From: an uncultured Gemmatimonadaceae bacterium
Lineage (GTDB): Bacteria > Gemmatimonadota > Gemmatimonadetes > Gemmatimonadales > Gemmatimonadaceae
Assembly: GCA_963781585.1 (NCBI GenBank)
Contig: CAWAGQ010000014.1
Location: 32,001-96,000 of the forward strand
Length of the DNA stretch: 64,000 nucleotides
Direction: 5' to 3'
Both the position numbers and the translations under genes were made by a program. This document shows, one piece after another, positions 49,621 through 59,556 of the stretch; the first letter of the stretch is position 1; every line of letters starts with the position of its first letter. The notes below the pieces were generated by a model. That model was not told the DNA's origin. It saw only the letters and a program-made list of their open reading frames with translations, and made no database searches.

Positions 49621-50214
49621 CTACGCGTCGTCGAGCGGCCAGACCGTTCGCAACGGAATCTCCAGCGGCTCGCACATCGACGGGAGCGCACACGAGCGTT
49701 GCGCGTGCAGACAGAACTCGCGCGCGGGCCCGAAGGTCATCTGTCGCGCCCACAGTGCGCCGCCGGCACTCCGCACCAGAGGCCGCATCGCTTCATACAG
49801 GTCCGCGTACGATGCCGCGTGTGGCTTCGCGAACCAGTAGGCGAACCGCGGCGGCTCCTCCGAGCTGCCGAGCCGCAGGCTGTACAGCCCCGCGGTGCCT
49901 CCCGCGCTCGCCACCGCGGCGTCGTCGTGCGCAACCTTCCGGCCCGCCGTCACCGCGGCCTCGTTCAGTGGATCGAGCGCGGCCGAGCCGCTCAGCAGGT
50001 ACCAGTCCTCGTACGAGTCTCCGCCCTGATTCGCCCACGGCGCGCCGTGCACCGCAAGGCAATAGGAGTTGGAAAAACCCGCCGACGGCCCGGCGGCCAG
50101 CGTGAGATGAAAATGCCGGAGACGCGCCTCGTAGTCGTCGCTGGCCACCGAAGGCACGCGCCAGTGGAAGAAGAGATAGGCGAGCACGTCAGGTCGGGAT
50201 TCGAAGGTGGACAA
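49621..50214 (-). CDS. Hypothetical protein
   Basis: Protein-like ORF (LAYLFFHW, YEDWYL, LWARQMTFGP) filling the gap between same-strand genes. Confidence 0.7.
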   Translation of the reverse strand: MSTFESRPDVLAYLFFHWRVPSVASDDYEARLRHFHLTLAAGPSAGFSNSYCLAVHGAPWANQGGDSYEDWYLLSGSAALDPLNEAAVTAGRKVAHDDAAVASAGGTAGLYSLRLGSSEEPPRFAYWFAKPHAASYADLYEAMRPLVRSAGGALWARQMTFGPAREFCLHAQRSCALPSMCEPLEIPLRTVWPLDDA

Positions 50215-50371
50215 CGCCCGGTGCTGGATCCGGGCGCCGGCGCGGCGGAGTTCGACAGTCCCTCGGAGCAGGGAGCCGGGCGGCTCTCCCGCGAGCGCCG
50301 GCCCGCGGCCCGCAATCCCCCCCGCATCGGCCGACTCCGCCCGTTAGGCTGGCCCGGGCGGTCGAGACAAC

Positions 50372-51754
50372 CTAGTCCCCGTTCAGTCCATCTACGAGTC
50401 CCAGCACGACATCGTTCACATTGGTGCCCGTTAATCCCGTGCGCAGCAGCCCGCCCACCGCATCGAGCGATGCGTACGATGCGTGGGCGCCAAGATCGGA
50501 CGCGGGGTCCCGCCCGCGGCCCGCGATTCGCGACCAGGTGGTCGCATCGACCACCGCGCCCGCCGCGTCGGTGGGACCATCGCGACCGTCCGTCCCGGCC
50601 GCCAGCACGGTGATCCCTCGCGCCGCCGATCCTGCCCGGTGCAGCGCAGCCGCGCAGGCGAGCGCCAATTCCTGGCACCGCCCCCCCGGCGCGGCGGGGG
50701 ATGGGCCAAGACGCACGGTCGTCTCGCCTCCCCAGATTGCAAGCACTCGCGGCCGCGCGCCTAACGACTGACCTCGCGCGCGCTCCCGCGCTCGAACCAG
50801 CTCGCCGGCCACCATCGCGCCGGCGGCGGCGGCATCACCGCGCAGCGCGGCGGGTTCGACCCGCACCGCGGTGATGGCCGCCGCCGCCGCCGCCCGTTCG
50901 GCGCCGCGGAGCGCGTCACCGTTGTCCAGAATTACCGACACCGTCGTCCGGGCGAACATTGCGTCGCCCGGCTTCGGGGTCTCCGCCTCCGTCCCCGCGG
51001 CCACACGACGCAAATAGGCGCGCACACTGGAGGGCAGTGCCGGTTCGAGCTGGCGCTCGGCCAACAGAGTGAGCAGCCCGTCCGCCGTCAGGCGATCCGG
51101 CGTGCATGGGCCGGAGCCGATATGCGCCGGGTCGTTCCCCGGAACGTCGGACACGATCAGGCAGTGTGTCCGGTCCCCGCTGAGCGCGGCGGCGAGTCGC
51201 CCCGCTCCCCACCGCAGGACGCGTTTGCGAACCGCGTTCATGGTCGTGATGTCCACGCCCGAGGCGAGCAGCAGGGTGAACAGCTTCTGCAGGTCCGCGA
51301 ACGTCACCGCGTCCACCGGGCCGGCAATCAGACTGGTCGTGCCGCCCGATAGCAGCACCAGGACATCGGCACCCTTCGGGATCCCCGCCACCACTTCTCC
51401 CAGCCGGATCGCGGCCTGCCGCGACCCCTCGCCCGGGACCGGGTGCTCTCCCGTCAGCGATTCGAGCGCGGGAATCGCGGTCGATGGATGATCGGGAGCG
51501 ACGATTGCGCCGCCGGCCAGCGAAAGATCGCGAGCGCGTAGTGCTTGAGCCGCGCCGGCGCACATTGCATGGGCCGCCTTTCCGACAGCGACCACCCACA
51601 CCGGGCCACCAACCGGGCCGAGGGCGGCGACTGCCTGCCGTGTCGCGTGCTCCGCGTCGGCCGCCCGGACCGCTGCCGCGAAGAGGCTCTCGAGAAGGAC
51701 GCGCGCGGACGAAGGGACCGTTGACTGACTCCCCACGCCGTCACGCCCCGGCAT
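50372..51754 (-). CDS. Glycerate 2-kinase (DUF4147/MOFRL family)
   Basis: GKAA, HPVP, LSGG, SDVPG, GGETTV, GGRCQE, GTDGRDG, TGTNVND. Confidence 0.93.
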   Translation of the reverse strand: MPGRDGVGSQSTVPSSARVLLESLFAAAVRAADAEHATRQAVAALGPVGGPVWVVAVGKAAHAMCAGAAQALRARDLSLAGGAIVAPDHPSTAIPALESLTGEHPVPGEGSRQAAIRLGEVVAGIPKGADVLVLLSGGTTSLIAGPVDAVTFADLQKLFTLLLASGVDITTMNAVRKRVLRWGAGRLAAALSGDRTHCLIVSDVPGNDPAHIGSGPCTPDRLTADGLLTLLAERQLEPALPSSVRAYLRRVAAGTEAETPKPGDAMFARTTVSVILDNGDALRGAERAAAAAAITAVRVEPAALRGDAAAAGAMVAGELVRARERARGQSLGARPRVLAIWGGETTVRLGPSPAAPGGRCQELALACAAALHRAGSAARGITVLAAGTDGRDGPTDAAGAVVDATTWSRIAGRGRDPASDLGAHASYASLDAVGGLLRTGLTGTNVNDVVLGLVDGLNGD

Positions 51755-51777
51755 ACCACCGGAGCGTAACGCGTGCG

Positions 51778-52374
51778 TCAGAACGAACCTTCCTTCGGCT
51801 GTGGCACAAGTTTGTGGACTTCGACGGCGAGTGTGTCGTAGTCCGATTTCACCAGTACCCGGAACGGCTGCATCTTGAAGGTGATCCGTCCATCAGGGCC
51901 AATCACGTAGACGTGGCGGCTGTCCATCCCGCTCTTCTCGCCGTACACGTCGTACATGCGACTCACCTTCGCCCCGGTGTCGCTCACGAACATGATCGGG
52001 AACGCGGACTCGCGCGACCAGCTTGTCAGCGCGGTGTCGGGATCCACGCTGATGCCGAGTACGACGACGTGCTGGCCGTTGTTGAAGATCGTGGCGTACT
52101 GATCACGGTACGCCTCCATTTGGACCGTTCAACCCTTGGTTCGCGCCTTGGGGAAGAACGCGAGCACGACCGTACTGCCGCGCAGGTCCGAGAGCTTCTG
52201 TCGCCCTCTCAGGGCGCCGTATCGCGTGATGCCGGTGAATTCGAAATCTGGCGCGACCGTTCCCACAGCTGGTCCAACGGGAGCCGGCGCAGCCGGCTGC
52301 TGACCGGCGAGCGGCCACACCATCGCGCTGGCCAGCACTGCGGCGGCGGAAGATCTCCGGAACGCCTTCCTCAT
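51778..52374 (-). CDS. Exported peroxiredoxin (BCP/AhpC-TSA), predicted selenoprotein with UGA=Sec at codon 82
   Basis: ORFs 52129-52374 and 51778-52119 are in the same frame, joined as FFPKARTKG-UGA-TVQMEAYRD. This matches PxxxTxxC with UGA at the Cys position. Downstream GISVD, SD, RHVYVIGPDG. Confidence 0.88.
52093..52114 (-). promoter_or_regulatory. Candidate bacterial SECIS hairpin
   Basis: mRNA GGCGUAC-CGUGAUCA-GUACGCC, a perfect 7-bp stem starting 14 nt after the UGA, with G at the second loop position. Confidence 0.7.
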
Positions 52375-52637
52375 GATGACTCCGCGTCAGGTGTCCGAAT
52401 CGAGCTGGTCGGAGCCTCAACGATGAAACGTGGAACGCGTGCGCGCAACGCCGACGGACGACGTTCCACACGCAATCGACCCGCTGGGTCTGCAATGCGC
52501 AGTGCTCGATTCCCGGCCCCGCGAGCGCGCGTCGCGAGACCACGGTTCAGCTCCGAAGGGTCCCGCGAAGTGGACATTGCTTTGTCCTGATGGTGGACAA
52601 TCACCACGGCATCCTCTACCCGCTGGGGCAGGAGGAC

Positions 52638-52653
52638 AGGCACGATGCGTGCT
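52638..52653 (+). promoter_or_regulatory. Possible sigma54 -24/-12 promoter
   Basis: AGGCACGATGCGTGCT (GG-N10-GC), 35 bp upstream of ATG 52688. Confidence 0.45.
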
Positions 52654-52687
52654 TGAGCCACGGTCGTGACGAACGCCCGGAGGGACG

Positions 52688-53167
52688 ATGTCGAGAACAA
52701 CGCTGATTCCATTGCTCGCGCTGCCGGGTCTGGCGCTGCTCGCCGCCTGCGGTTCGGACGCACCGCGACCGGACGCGGGTCTTCAACAGGACTTGTCGCT
52801 GGCGGCGCAGTCGTACCCGTACCAGCCGACCCTCTCGCCAGCAGAGCAGGGGTACGTCGCTGGCTATCCGAACCAGGCCGGCTATCGAGCTCCAGGTGGA
52901 AACGGGGGCTACCACCCGGTGGCGACGAGAGCACCCGGCAGCGGGACTATCTACCGCGCGCCTGCCCCAACCGGGACGGCACGACAGCCGAGCCATGTGG
53001 TCAAGAACACCAGGCGTGACGCGGCGATAGGGGCCGTGGCGGGAGCCGCCATCGGCGCCGTCACGAGTCGCGACAAGTTGAAGGGCGCGGTGATCGGAGC
53101 GGCGGCCGGCGGGCTACTTGGGGCCGTCCTGGGAAACAACGTCGACAAGAAGCGCGTGCCGGATTAA
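52688..53167 (+). CDS. Glycine-zipper lipoprotein
   Basis: Lipobox LAAC; C-terminal [25 protein letters not shown]. Confidence 0.85.
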   Translation: MSRTTLIPLLALPGLALLAACGSDAPRPDAGLQQDLSLAAQSYPYQPTLSPAEQGYVAGYPNQAGYRAPGGNGGYHPVATRAPGSGTIYRAPAPTGTARQPSHVVKNTRRDAAIGAVAGAAIGAVTSRDKLKGAVIGAAAGGLLGAVLGNNVDKKRVPD

Positions 53168-55959
53168 GCGGGTCGCGCCAATTGCCTCAGGACGTACTGC
53201 AGGATGCCGCCGTGGCGCAGGTAGTGCATTTCCTCGGGCGTGTCCACCCGCGCCTGCACCGTTAACGTGATGCTCGTGCCGTCAGCGCTCCCCGCGGTCA
53301 CAGCGAGTCGGGCCCGCGGCTTCAGCTGGTCGGACAGACCTTCGATCTCATAGGTCTCGAATCCCGAGAGACCGAGCGAATGCCGGGTCTGCCCGTCGGT
53401 AAACTCGAGCGGAAGCACCCCCATGCCGATGAGGTTGGATCGGTGAATGCGCTCGAACGACTCCGCGATCACTGCCCGTACGCCGAGGAGTGCCGTCCCC
53501 TTGGCGGCCCAGTCGCGCGACGATCCCGTTCCATACTCCTTGCCCGCGATGATCAGCAGCGGGACGCCCTGCCGCTGATATTCCATCGCCGCGTCGTAGA
53601 CGGGCACCGGATCGCCTCCCGGTGCCGTGGCCGTCCACCATCCCTCCTTCCCCGGGGCGAGCTCGTTCCGCAGCCGGATGTTCGCGAACGTGCCTCGCAT
53701 CATCACCTCGTGATTCCCGCGCCGCGATCCGTAGGAGTTGAAGTCCTTCCTCTGCACGCCCTGCGACAGCAGCCACTGACCGGCCGGACTTCGCTCGGCG
53801 ATCGACCCCGCCGGCGAGATGTGATCGGTGGTGATGGAGTCGCCGTACATGCCCAGCACCCGCGCCCCGGTCACGGCCCGAATGGGTGAGGGCTCGCGGG
53901 TCATGTTGTCGAAGAACGGCGGATGTTTCACGTAGGTCGACGAGTCGTCCCACGCATAGCGGTCGCCGGACGGCACCGGCAACGACTGCCACTGCTCGTC
54001 GCCGGCGAACACGTTGGCGTACTCGGCGCCGAACATCTCACTCTTCACCGAGCGCAGGATCTCCTCCTGCACCGCACTGGGTGACGGCCAGATGTCGCGC
54101 AGGAATACCGGACCCTGGGAGCCGATGCCTAACGGCTCGCGTTCCAGGTCGATGTCCATGCGGCCGGCCAGGGCATACGCCACCACCAGCGGCGGCGAGG
54201 CCAGGTAGTTGAATCGGGTCTGCGGGTTGATGCGACCCTCGAAGTTCCGATTCCCGGAGAGCACCGCGGCCACGATCAGCTTGCCGTCGTCGACCGCGTG
54301 GGCCACGGTCTCGGGCAGGGGACCGGAATTGCCGATACAGGTGGTGCAGCCGTATCCCACCACCGCGAAGCCGAGCTGCTCCAGGTCGGACAGGACGCCC
54401 GACTTGCGGAAGTAATCGGTGACCACCTTCGACCCGGGCGCTAGTGACGTCTTGACCCAGGGTTTCGACTGCAGCCCCTTCCGGACGGCGTTGCGCGCGA
54501 GCAATCCGGCCGCGAGCATGACCGACGGGTTTGACGTGTTCGTGCAACTGGTAATGGCGGCGATGACAACCGACCCGTGGCGGAGGGTATACGGCATCTC
54601 CGACTCCTCCGTCAGGACGGTGGCGTTCTCCTGGGCGGCGCCCTCCGCGTCCATCTTCTTCGCGTCGGCGGTGGTCGGACTGTCGTTGCTCGCCGTAGCG
54701 GCGGCGGGACTCGATGCCGGGACCGCGCCGGCCAGTCGTCGCAGCTCGGCGCCCAGCGCCTCTTCGAACATCCTCTTCGATTGTCGGAGCGGGATCCGGT
54801 CCTGGGGCCGCTTGGGTCCGGCCAGACTCGGTTCCACGCTTGCCAGATCGAGCTCGACGATGTCCGTGAAGACCGGGTCAGGCGTGTCGTCGGTGCGGAA
54901 GATCCCCTGCTCCCGGCAGTAGGCCTCCACGAGCTGCACCTGCTCCTCGCTCCGTCCCGTGAGGCGCAGGTAGCGGAGAGTCTCCACGTCCACGGGAAAG
55001 AACCCCATCGTGGCGCCGAACTCCGGAGACATGTTTCCGATCGTCGCGCGGTCGGCCACTGACAGGGTGGAAAGCGCGGAGCCGAAGAACTCAACGAACT
55101 TCCCAACGACTTTTTTCTTCCGCAGGATTTCGGTGACCGTCAGCACCAGGTCGGTGGCCGTGGCGCCCGCCGGCAACTTCCCGCGGAGCTTGAATCCCAC
55201 CACTTCGGGCACCAGCATCGAGACCGGCTGGCCCAGCATTGCCGCCTCCGCCTCGATACCGCCAACCCCCCACCCCATCACGCCCAGGCCGTTGATCATC
55301 GTGGTGTGAGAATCGGTCCCAACCAGCGAGTCGGGGTAGGCGAGTGTCTCCTTGCCGTCGCCGTTGACGGGTCTGGTGAAGACCACCCGTCCGAGGTACT
55401 CGAGGTTGACCTGATGGCAGATGCCCGTCCCGGGAGGGACCACCCGGAAGTTCCGGAAGGCATTCTGGCCCCATCGCAGAAACTCGTAGCGCTCGCGATT
55501 GCGCTCCACCTCGAGCGCCGTGTTGATGAGGAGCGATGCTTCCGATCCGTATTGATCCACCTGGACGGAGTGGTCGATGACCAGGTCCACCGGTTGGAGA
55601 GGGTTGATTTGCGTCGCGTCACCGCCCAGCTGGACGATGGCGTCGCGCATGGCAGCGAGGTCCACGACGCAGGGGACGCCGGTGAAATCCTGGAGGAGTA
55701 CGCGGCTCGTTCGGAACGCGATCTCCTTTTCTGTCCGGCCTTTGACATCCCACCGGGCCAGCGCTTCGATATCCGACGCCTTTACCGAGGCACCATCTTC
55801 ACCGCGAAGGAGGTTCTCGAGGAGGATCCTGAGAGAGAATGGCAACCGGTCCGCGTTGCCACCGGAGACACTTTGCAGAGCAGCGAGCCGGAAGATCGTG
55901 TAGCGCCGATCGCCCACTGCAAGCGTCGAGCGCGCGTTGAACGAATCTGGGTGGGACAT
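53164..55959 (-). CDS. acnA: Aconitate hydratase A
   Basis: [66 protein letters not shown]; start reset to MSHPDSF. Confidence 0.97.
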   Translation of the reverse strand: MSHPDSFNARSTLAVGDRRYTIFRLAALQSVSGGNADRLPFSLRILLENLLRGEDGASVKASDIEALARWDVKGRTEKEIAFRTSRVLLQDFTGVPCVVDLAAMRDAIVQLGGDATQINPLQPVDLVIDHSVQVDQYGSEASLLINTALEVERNRERYEFLRWGQNAFRNFRVVPPGTGICHQVNLEYLGRVVFTRPVNGDGKETLAYPDSLVGTDSHTTMINGLGVMGWGVGGIEAEAAMLGQPVSMLVPEVVGFKLRGKLPAGATATDLVLTVTEILRKKKVVGKFVEFFGSALSTLSVADRATIGNMSPEFGATMGFFPVDVETLRYLRLTGRSEEQVQLVEAYCREQGIFRTDDTPDPVFTDIVELDLASVEPSLAGPKRPQDRIPLRQSKRMFEEALGAELRRLAGAVPASSPAAATASNDSPTTADAKKMDAEGAAQENATVLTEESEMPYTLRHGSVVIAAITSCTNTSNPSVMLAAGLLARNAVRKGLQSKPWVKTSLAPGSKVVTDYFRKSGVLSDLEQLGFAVVGYGCTTCIGNSGPLPETVAHAVDDGKLIVAAVLSGNRNFEGRINPQTRFNYLASPPLVVAYALAGRMDIDLEREPLGIGSQGPVFLRDIWPSPSAVQEEILRSVKSEMFGAEYANVFAGDEQWQSLPVPSGDRYAWDDSSTYVKHPPFFDNMTREPSPIRAVTGARVLGMYGDSITTDHISPAGSIAERSPAGQWLLSQGVQRKDFNSYGSRRGNHEVMMRGTFANIRLRNELAPGKEGWWTATAPGGDPVPVYDAAMEYQRQGVPLLIIAGKEYGTGSSRDWAAKGTALLGVRAVIAESFERIHRSNLIGMGVLPLEFTDGQTRHSLGLSGFETYEIEGLSDQLKPRARLAVTAGSADGTSITLTVQARVDTPEEMHYLRHGGILQYVLRQLARPA

Positions 55960-56164
55960 GACCCGTGAGACGGTGACGGGGACCAGGCACTGGGGTCTTC
56001 CTCGCCCGTGATCCTCCCGGCGGTTGTGCCGACGGCTCGGCAGCTCGACGGAGTCCGCAGCCCCACTCCCTGGCTCCGCCATGTGATGGCGAGGCGCCTT
56101 GTAATTTAGCAGCTTGGATCAGCCGATGTTCGGTGCTCCGCCTCTCCGACTCATGCATTCTGCC

Positions 56165-56437
56165 ATGTCTCGTGCATTTGTCGACGACGACCGCGACGAC
56201 GCCCGCCCCGGGCGATCGTTCCACCTTCCTCCGCGCGACGACCCTTCGTTCGACGCGGCGGCGGCGCTTGCGCTTCTCGAGGCAGCTCGGGTCGGCGACA
56301 CCGGGGCCGCAGAGCGCGCGACGGGATACTACTGGGGGGAACCGAGGCTGCGGCCGTTCGTGCAAGTCGCGTTGGACGATGCGATTCGCGCGGGAGACGA
56401 GCGGCTCGAGCAGCTGGCGCGCCGCTTTCTGCGCTAG
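56165..56437 (+). CDS. Small helical hypothetical protein (MSRAFV N-terminus)
   Basis: 90 aa, protein-like sequence, fills the gap divergent from acnA. Confidence 0.7.
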   Translation: MSRAFVDDDRDDARPGRSFHLPPRDDPSFDAAAALALLEAARVGDTGAAERATGYYWGEPRLRPFVQVALDDAIRAGDERLEQLARRFLR

Positions 56438-56447
56438 CGCGACACGG

Positions 56448-57512
56448 CTACGCCGCGGTGACCGCGGTCAACGCTCCCGTTGGGCAGTGGCGTACGAAGT
56501 CACCGTCGGCCGGAGACCACTCAGCCACCCGAGAGCGCGGAACCGCTTTGCCGGCCTTGTCGAGCGCCATCGTGCGCGGGGCGTTCGCCACGCACAGTCC
56601 ACAGCCGTTGCACCGCGCGCGATCGACGCGGATCTGAACGCGCCGGCGCGGGAAGATCCGCCCGCGTGCCCCGATGCAGGTCTCGAGGTCCCGCAGCGCC
56701 TCGGTCGCGGCCACGTAACCGGACTCGATGAACTCGGTCGCGGCGCCGAACCGGAACCAGGCGTGCTGGGCTACCTTGGGACGAATGAGGATCATCGGCG
56801 GACCCTCCCAGCGTGCCAGAGGGATGCCCTGAAGGGCGTGCATCATGACCATCGCGGCGCGCATGGAGATGGACGCGAACCCGCTGGCCGCCACCGTCGT
56901 GTCGGGTGGCAGTTCACCGTTGCCTACGTCAACAGCCACAATGAGGTCCGATTCCCGAGCCACCAGGCCCACCGGGAGGTTGTCCACCGTGCCGCCGTCG
57001 ATGCAGAACCGGCCGTCGACGCGACCGGGCGGGAAGAATCCAGGAAGCGCACAGGACGCGTAGACCGCGTCGTCGACGAACACGTCGCGAAGACCCGGAA
57101 GTCCCCACACCACCTGGGTGCCTAACTGCACGTCCACGGTGTTGACGTACAGCGGCATGGGAATCTCGTCGAACCGCACGTGGGGGACGATGGAGTGAAC
57201 CAGCGCACGCAACGGCTCTTCCAGATAGATTGACGGCGAGTGCATCCGCTCCAGCAGCATCCCCACGTGATTGATCCGAAGGAGATCGCGCCGGCGGAGT
57301 CGTCGGGCGCGCTCGGCGAGGTCCGACACGCTGGCACCGGTGGCGGTCGCGGCGCCCAGCATTGCTCCGACGCTGCTGCCGGCGAGAATCGCCGGCCGGA
57401 TCCCGCGCTCCTCGAGCGCCCGCAGCACCCCGATGTGCGCAAACCCCTTCAGGCCACCCCCGCCCAGGACGAGAGCGATACGAGCAGGCGTTCGGTGTTT
57501 CGCGTTAGGCAT
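56448..57512 (-). CDS. Patatin-like phospholipase with C-terminal ferredoxin domain
   Basis: GGGGLKG, GSSVG, DGG; C-terminal CNGCGLC...CPTGAL; start reset to MPNAKH. Confidence 0.9.
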   Translation of the reverse strand: MPNAKHRTPARIALVLGGGGLKGFAHIGVLRALEERGIRPAILAGSSVGAMLGAATATGASVSDLAERARRLRRRDLLRINHVGMLLERMHSPSIYLEEPLRALVHSIVPHVRFDEIPMPLYVNTVDVQLGTQVVWGLPGLRDVFVDDAVYASCALPGFFPPGRVDGRFCIDGGTVDNLPVGLVARESDLIVAVDVGNGELPPDTTVAASGFASISMRAAMVMMHALQGIPLARWEGPPMILIRPKVAQHAWFRFGAATEFIESGYVAATEALRDLETCIGARGRIFPRRRVQIRVDRARCNGCGLCVANAPRTMALDKAGKAVPRSRVAEWSPADGDFVRHCPTGALTAVTAA

Positions 57513-57879
57513 CGGATCTCCGGAGTGACCGAGCGACGCGAACCGTCCAGCTTGCGCCGTCCGTCTGCTGACCGATACCCCAGGTGCGCATCTATCGTGC
57601 CGCGACCGACGCATCGGACCGGCGCACCGTGACGCGCGCCACCGAACCGCCGGGCCTCTTGCGCACTCCGGGGGTCTGGCGCGTGGATCGGCGGCACTGC
57701 ATCCGGAGGTGGGGACCCCGGACCCGCTGGCGGCAAAGTAGGCCGGTGATACCTTTGGCGCCTATGTCAGGGATCACGGCAGCGCCGCGGCTGTGCCGGC
57801 GCGACCCGGCGAGCGCGATGACGGGTGCGATTGGATCGCTCCGGCTCGTCCGGGGAGTCCGGTTCGCGGAAAGGGCCCG

Positions 57880-59076
57880 GTGACTGCGCGCGATCCACTG
57901 CTCGCGTTCCGCGCCGAGTTCCCGATCCTCGCCCGGACGAACTATCTCGTCTCGAATTCGCTTGGGGCGATGCCCCGCGCAGTTCCAGAGCGGCTGGCGG
58001 AGTACGTCGACGCGTGGGCGGAGCTCGGCGTGCGGGCGTGGGCAAGCGGGTGGTGGGAAATGCCCGTGACGGTGGGCGACGCGATTGCTCCGCTCATTGG
58101 CGCGTCGCCCGGCGAGGTGGTCATGGTGCCGAACGTGACGTTGGCCCAGGCCACGGTACTCTCCTCGCTCTCGTATGCCGCGCCGCGCTCGAGAATCGTC
58201 ATGTCGTCGCTGGATTTCCCATCGGTGCGTTACGTCTACGACCATCTGGCCCGGCGGCTCGGCGCCGAGATCGTGGTGGTGAACTCGGACGATGGAATCG
58301 CGATCGACGAGGACCGCCTGCTTGCGGCAGTGGACGAGCGCACGGCGCTGGTGGCCATCTCCAGCGTGCTGTTTCGGTCGGCCTACATCATGGATGTGGA
58401 TCGGATCTGCCGGCACGCGCACTCGGTCGGCGCGCTGGTGTCGCTCGATGCGTTTCACGCGGTGGGGGTCATGCCGGTGGACGTCCGGCGGACCAGTGTC
58501 GACTTCCTGTCAGGCGGCGTGCTGAAGTGGCTGTGCGGCGGTCCCGGCGGATGCTTCCTCTATGCGTCCCCGGAAATGACCGCGCGCACCGCGCCGGCAC
58601 TCACCGGTTGGCAGGCCCACGCGCGTCCGTTCGCGTTCGAGCCCGAGATGGCGTACGCCGAGAGCGCCTTTCGCTGGTTAGGCGGTACACCCGTCATCCC
58701 GGCGCTGTACGCCGCGATCGAGGGACCGCGCATCGTGCGGCAGGCTGGGATCGCTGCCATTCGAGAGAAAAGCACGCGCCAGACCAGCCGCCTGATCACG
58801 CTGGCGGATGAGCGGGGGTACGTGGTGAGGGCGCCTCGGGACGCCGCGCGTCGGGGGGGAACAGTCGCTCTCGACGTCCCGCATGGGTACGAGGTGGCCC
58901 GGTACCTGCTCGCCCGTGACATCCTGGTGGACTTCAGGCCCGGTGCCGGCATTCGCCTGGCGCCGCATTTCTACACCCGGGACGACGAGCTGGATGGCGC
59001 CGTGGCTGCGATCGACGAGGCCCTGGCCACGGGTGACTGGAAGCAGTACTGCGCGACCTCGTCGGTCGTCACCTGA
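57880..59076 (+). CDS. Kynureninase-like PLP enzyme (aminotransferase class V)
   Basis: FRAEFP, NSLGAMP, DFPS, DAFHAVG, LKWLCGGPG, RGG, IRLAPHFY. Confidence 0.85.
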   Translation: MTARDPLLAFRAEFPILARTNYLVSNSLGAMPRAVPERLAEYVDAWAELGVRAWASGWWEMPVTVGDAIAPLIGASPGEVVMVPNVTLAQATVLSSLSYAAPRSRIVMSSLDFPSVRYVYDHLARRLGAEIVVVNSDDGIAIDEDRLLAAVDERTALVAISSVLFRSAYIMDVDRICRHAHSVGALVSLDAFHAVGVMPVDVRRTSVDFLSGGVLKWLCGGPGGCFLYASPEMTARTAPALTGWQAHARPFAFEPEMAYAESAFRWLGGTPVIPALYAAIEGPRIVRQAGIAAIREKSTRQTSRLITLADERGYVVRAPRDAARRGGTVALDVPHGYEVARYLLARDILVDFRPGAGIRLAPHFYTRDDELDGAVAAIDEALATGDWKQYCATSSVVT

Positions 59077-59115
59077 ACGCAGATCCTACGCCATTGGATG
59101 CTATATTCCTGCACA

Positions 59116-59177
59116 CAGCTTTCGGCTGTCAGCTATCAGGTTGAGCAGTCAGTTGCCAGTTCGCAGTCACCCGTCAC
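59116..59177. repeat. Degenerate 7-bp tandem array
   Basis: CAGCTTT CGGCTGT CAGCTAT CAGGTTG (AGCAGT) CAGTTGC CAGTTCG CAGTCAC CCGTCAC. Confidence 0.7.
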
Positions 59178-59228
59178 GAGCCGCACGCTCCGGCGTATGC
59201 CCAGGCTTCTCCGACCTCCGACCCCGTC

Positions 59229-59459
59229 ATGCCCACTCCCCCAAAGAAGCTCCGCAAGCAGTTCGGTAACGAGAAGTATCCCGAGATCGTGCTCCGGTTC
59301 GAAGATGGGCATGAGATTCACATTGCGAAGGGCTCCACGAAGTCGTTCGACGCCTGGGCTGGCGAGCGAATCAAGATCCTCGCGATCTGGGATCACACGT
59401 CGGGCGAGCGGGAAAAGGTCGACACCTGGCTGGCGGAGCGCTTCCCGGACGAGGCCTAG
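59229..59459 (+). CDS. Small hypothetical protein (76 aa)
   Basis: Codon use and composition typical of a real gene; lies between same-strand genes. Confidence 0.7.
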   Translation: MPTPPKKLRKQFGNEKYPEIVLRFEDGHEIHIAKGSTKSFDAWAGERIKILAIWDHTSGEREKVDTWLAERFPDEA

Positions 59460-59556
59460 GGTCGGCGGATCCGTGCGGCCGGCCAGTCCGTGACCCACGC
59501 GGACGCTGACCCCGCGTCCAGGCATCGCCTCGATCGGGCACCGATTCGCCATCGCC

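Noticed and set aside
51778..52374. Peroxiredoxin as a nonsense pseudogene or two small genes
   Set aside because: The only stop is UGA exactly at the catalytic position, followed by a hairpin, and neither half shows other decay.
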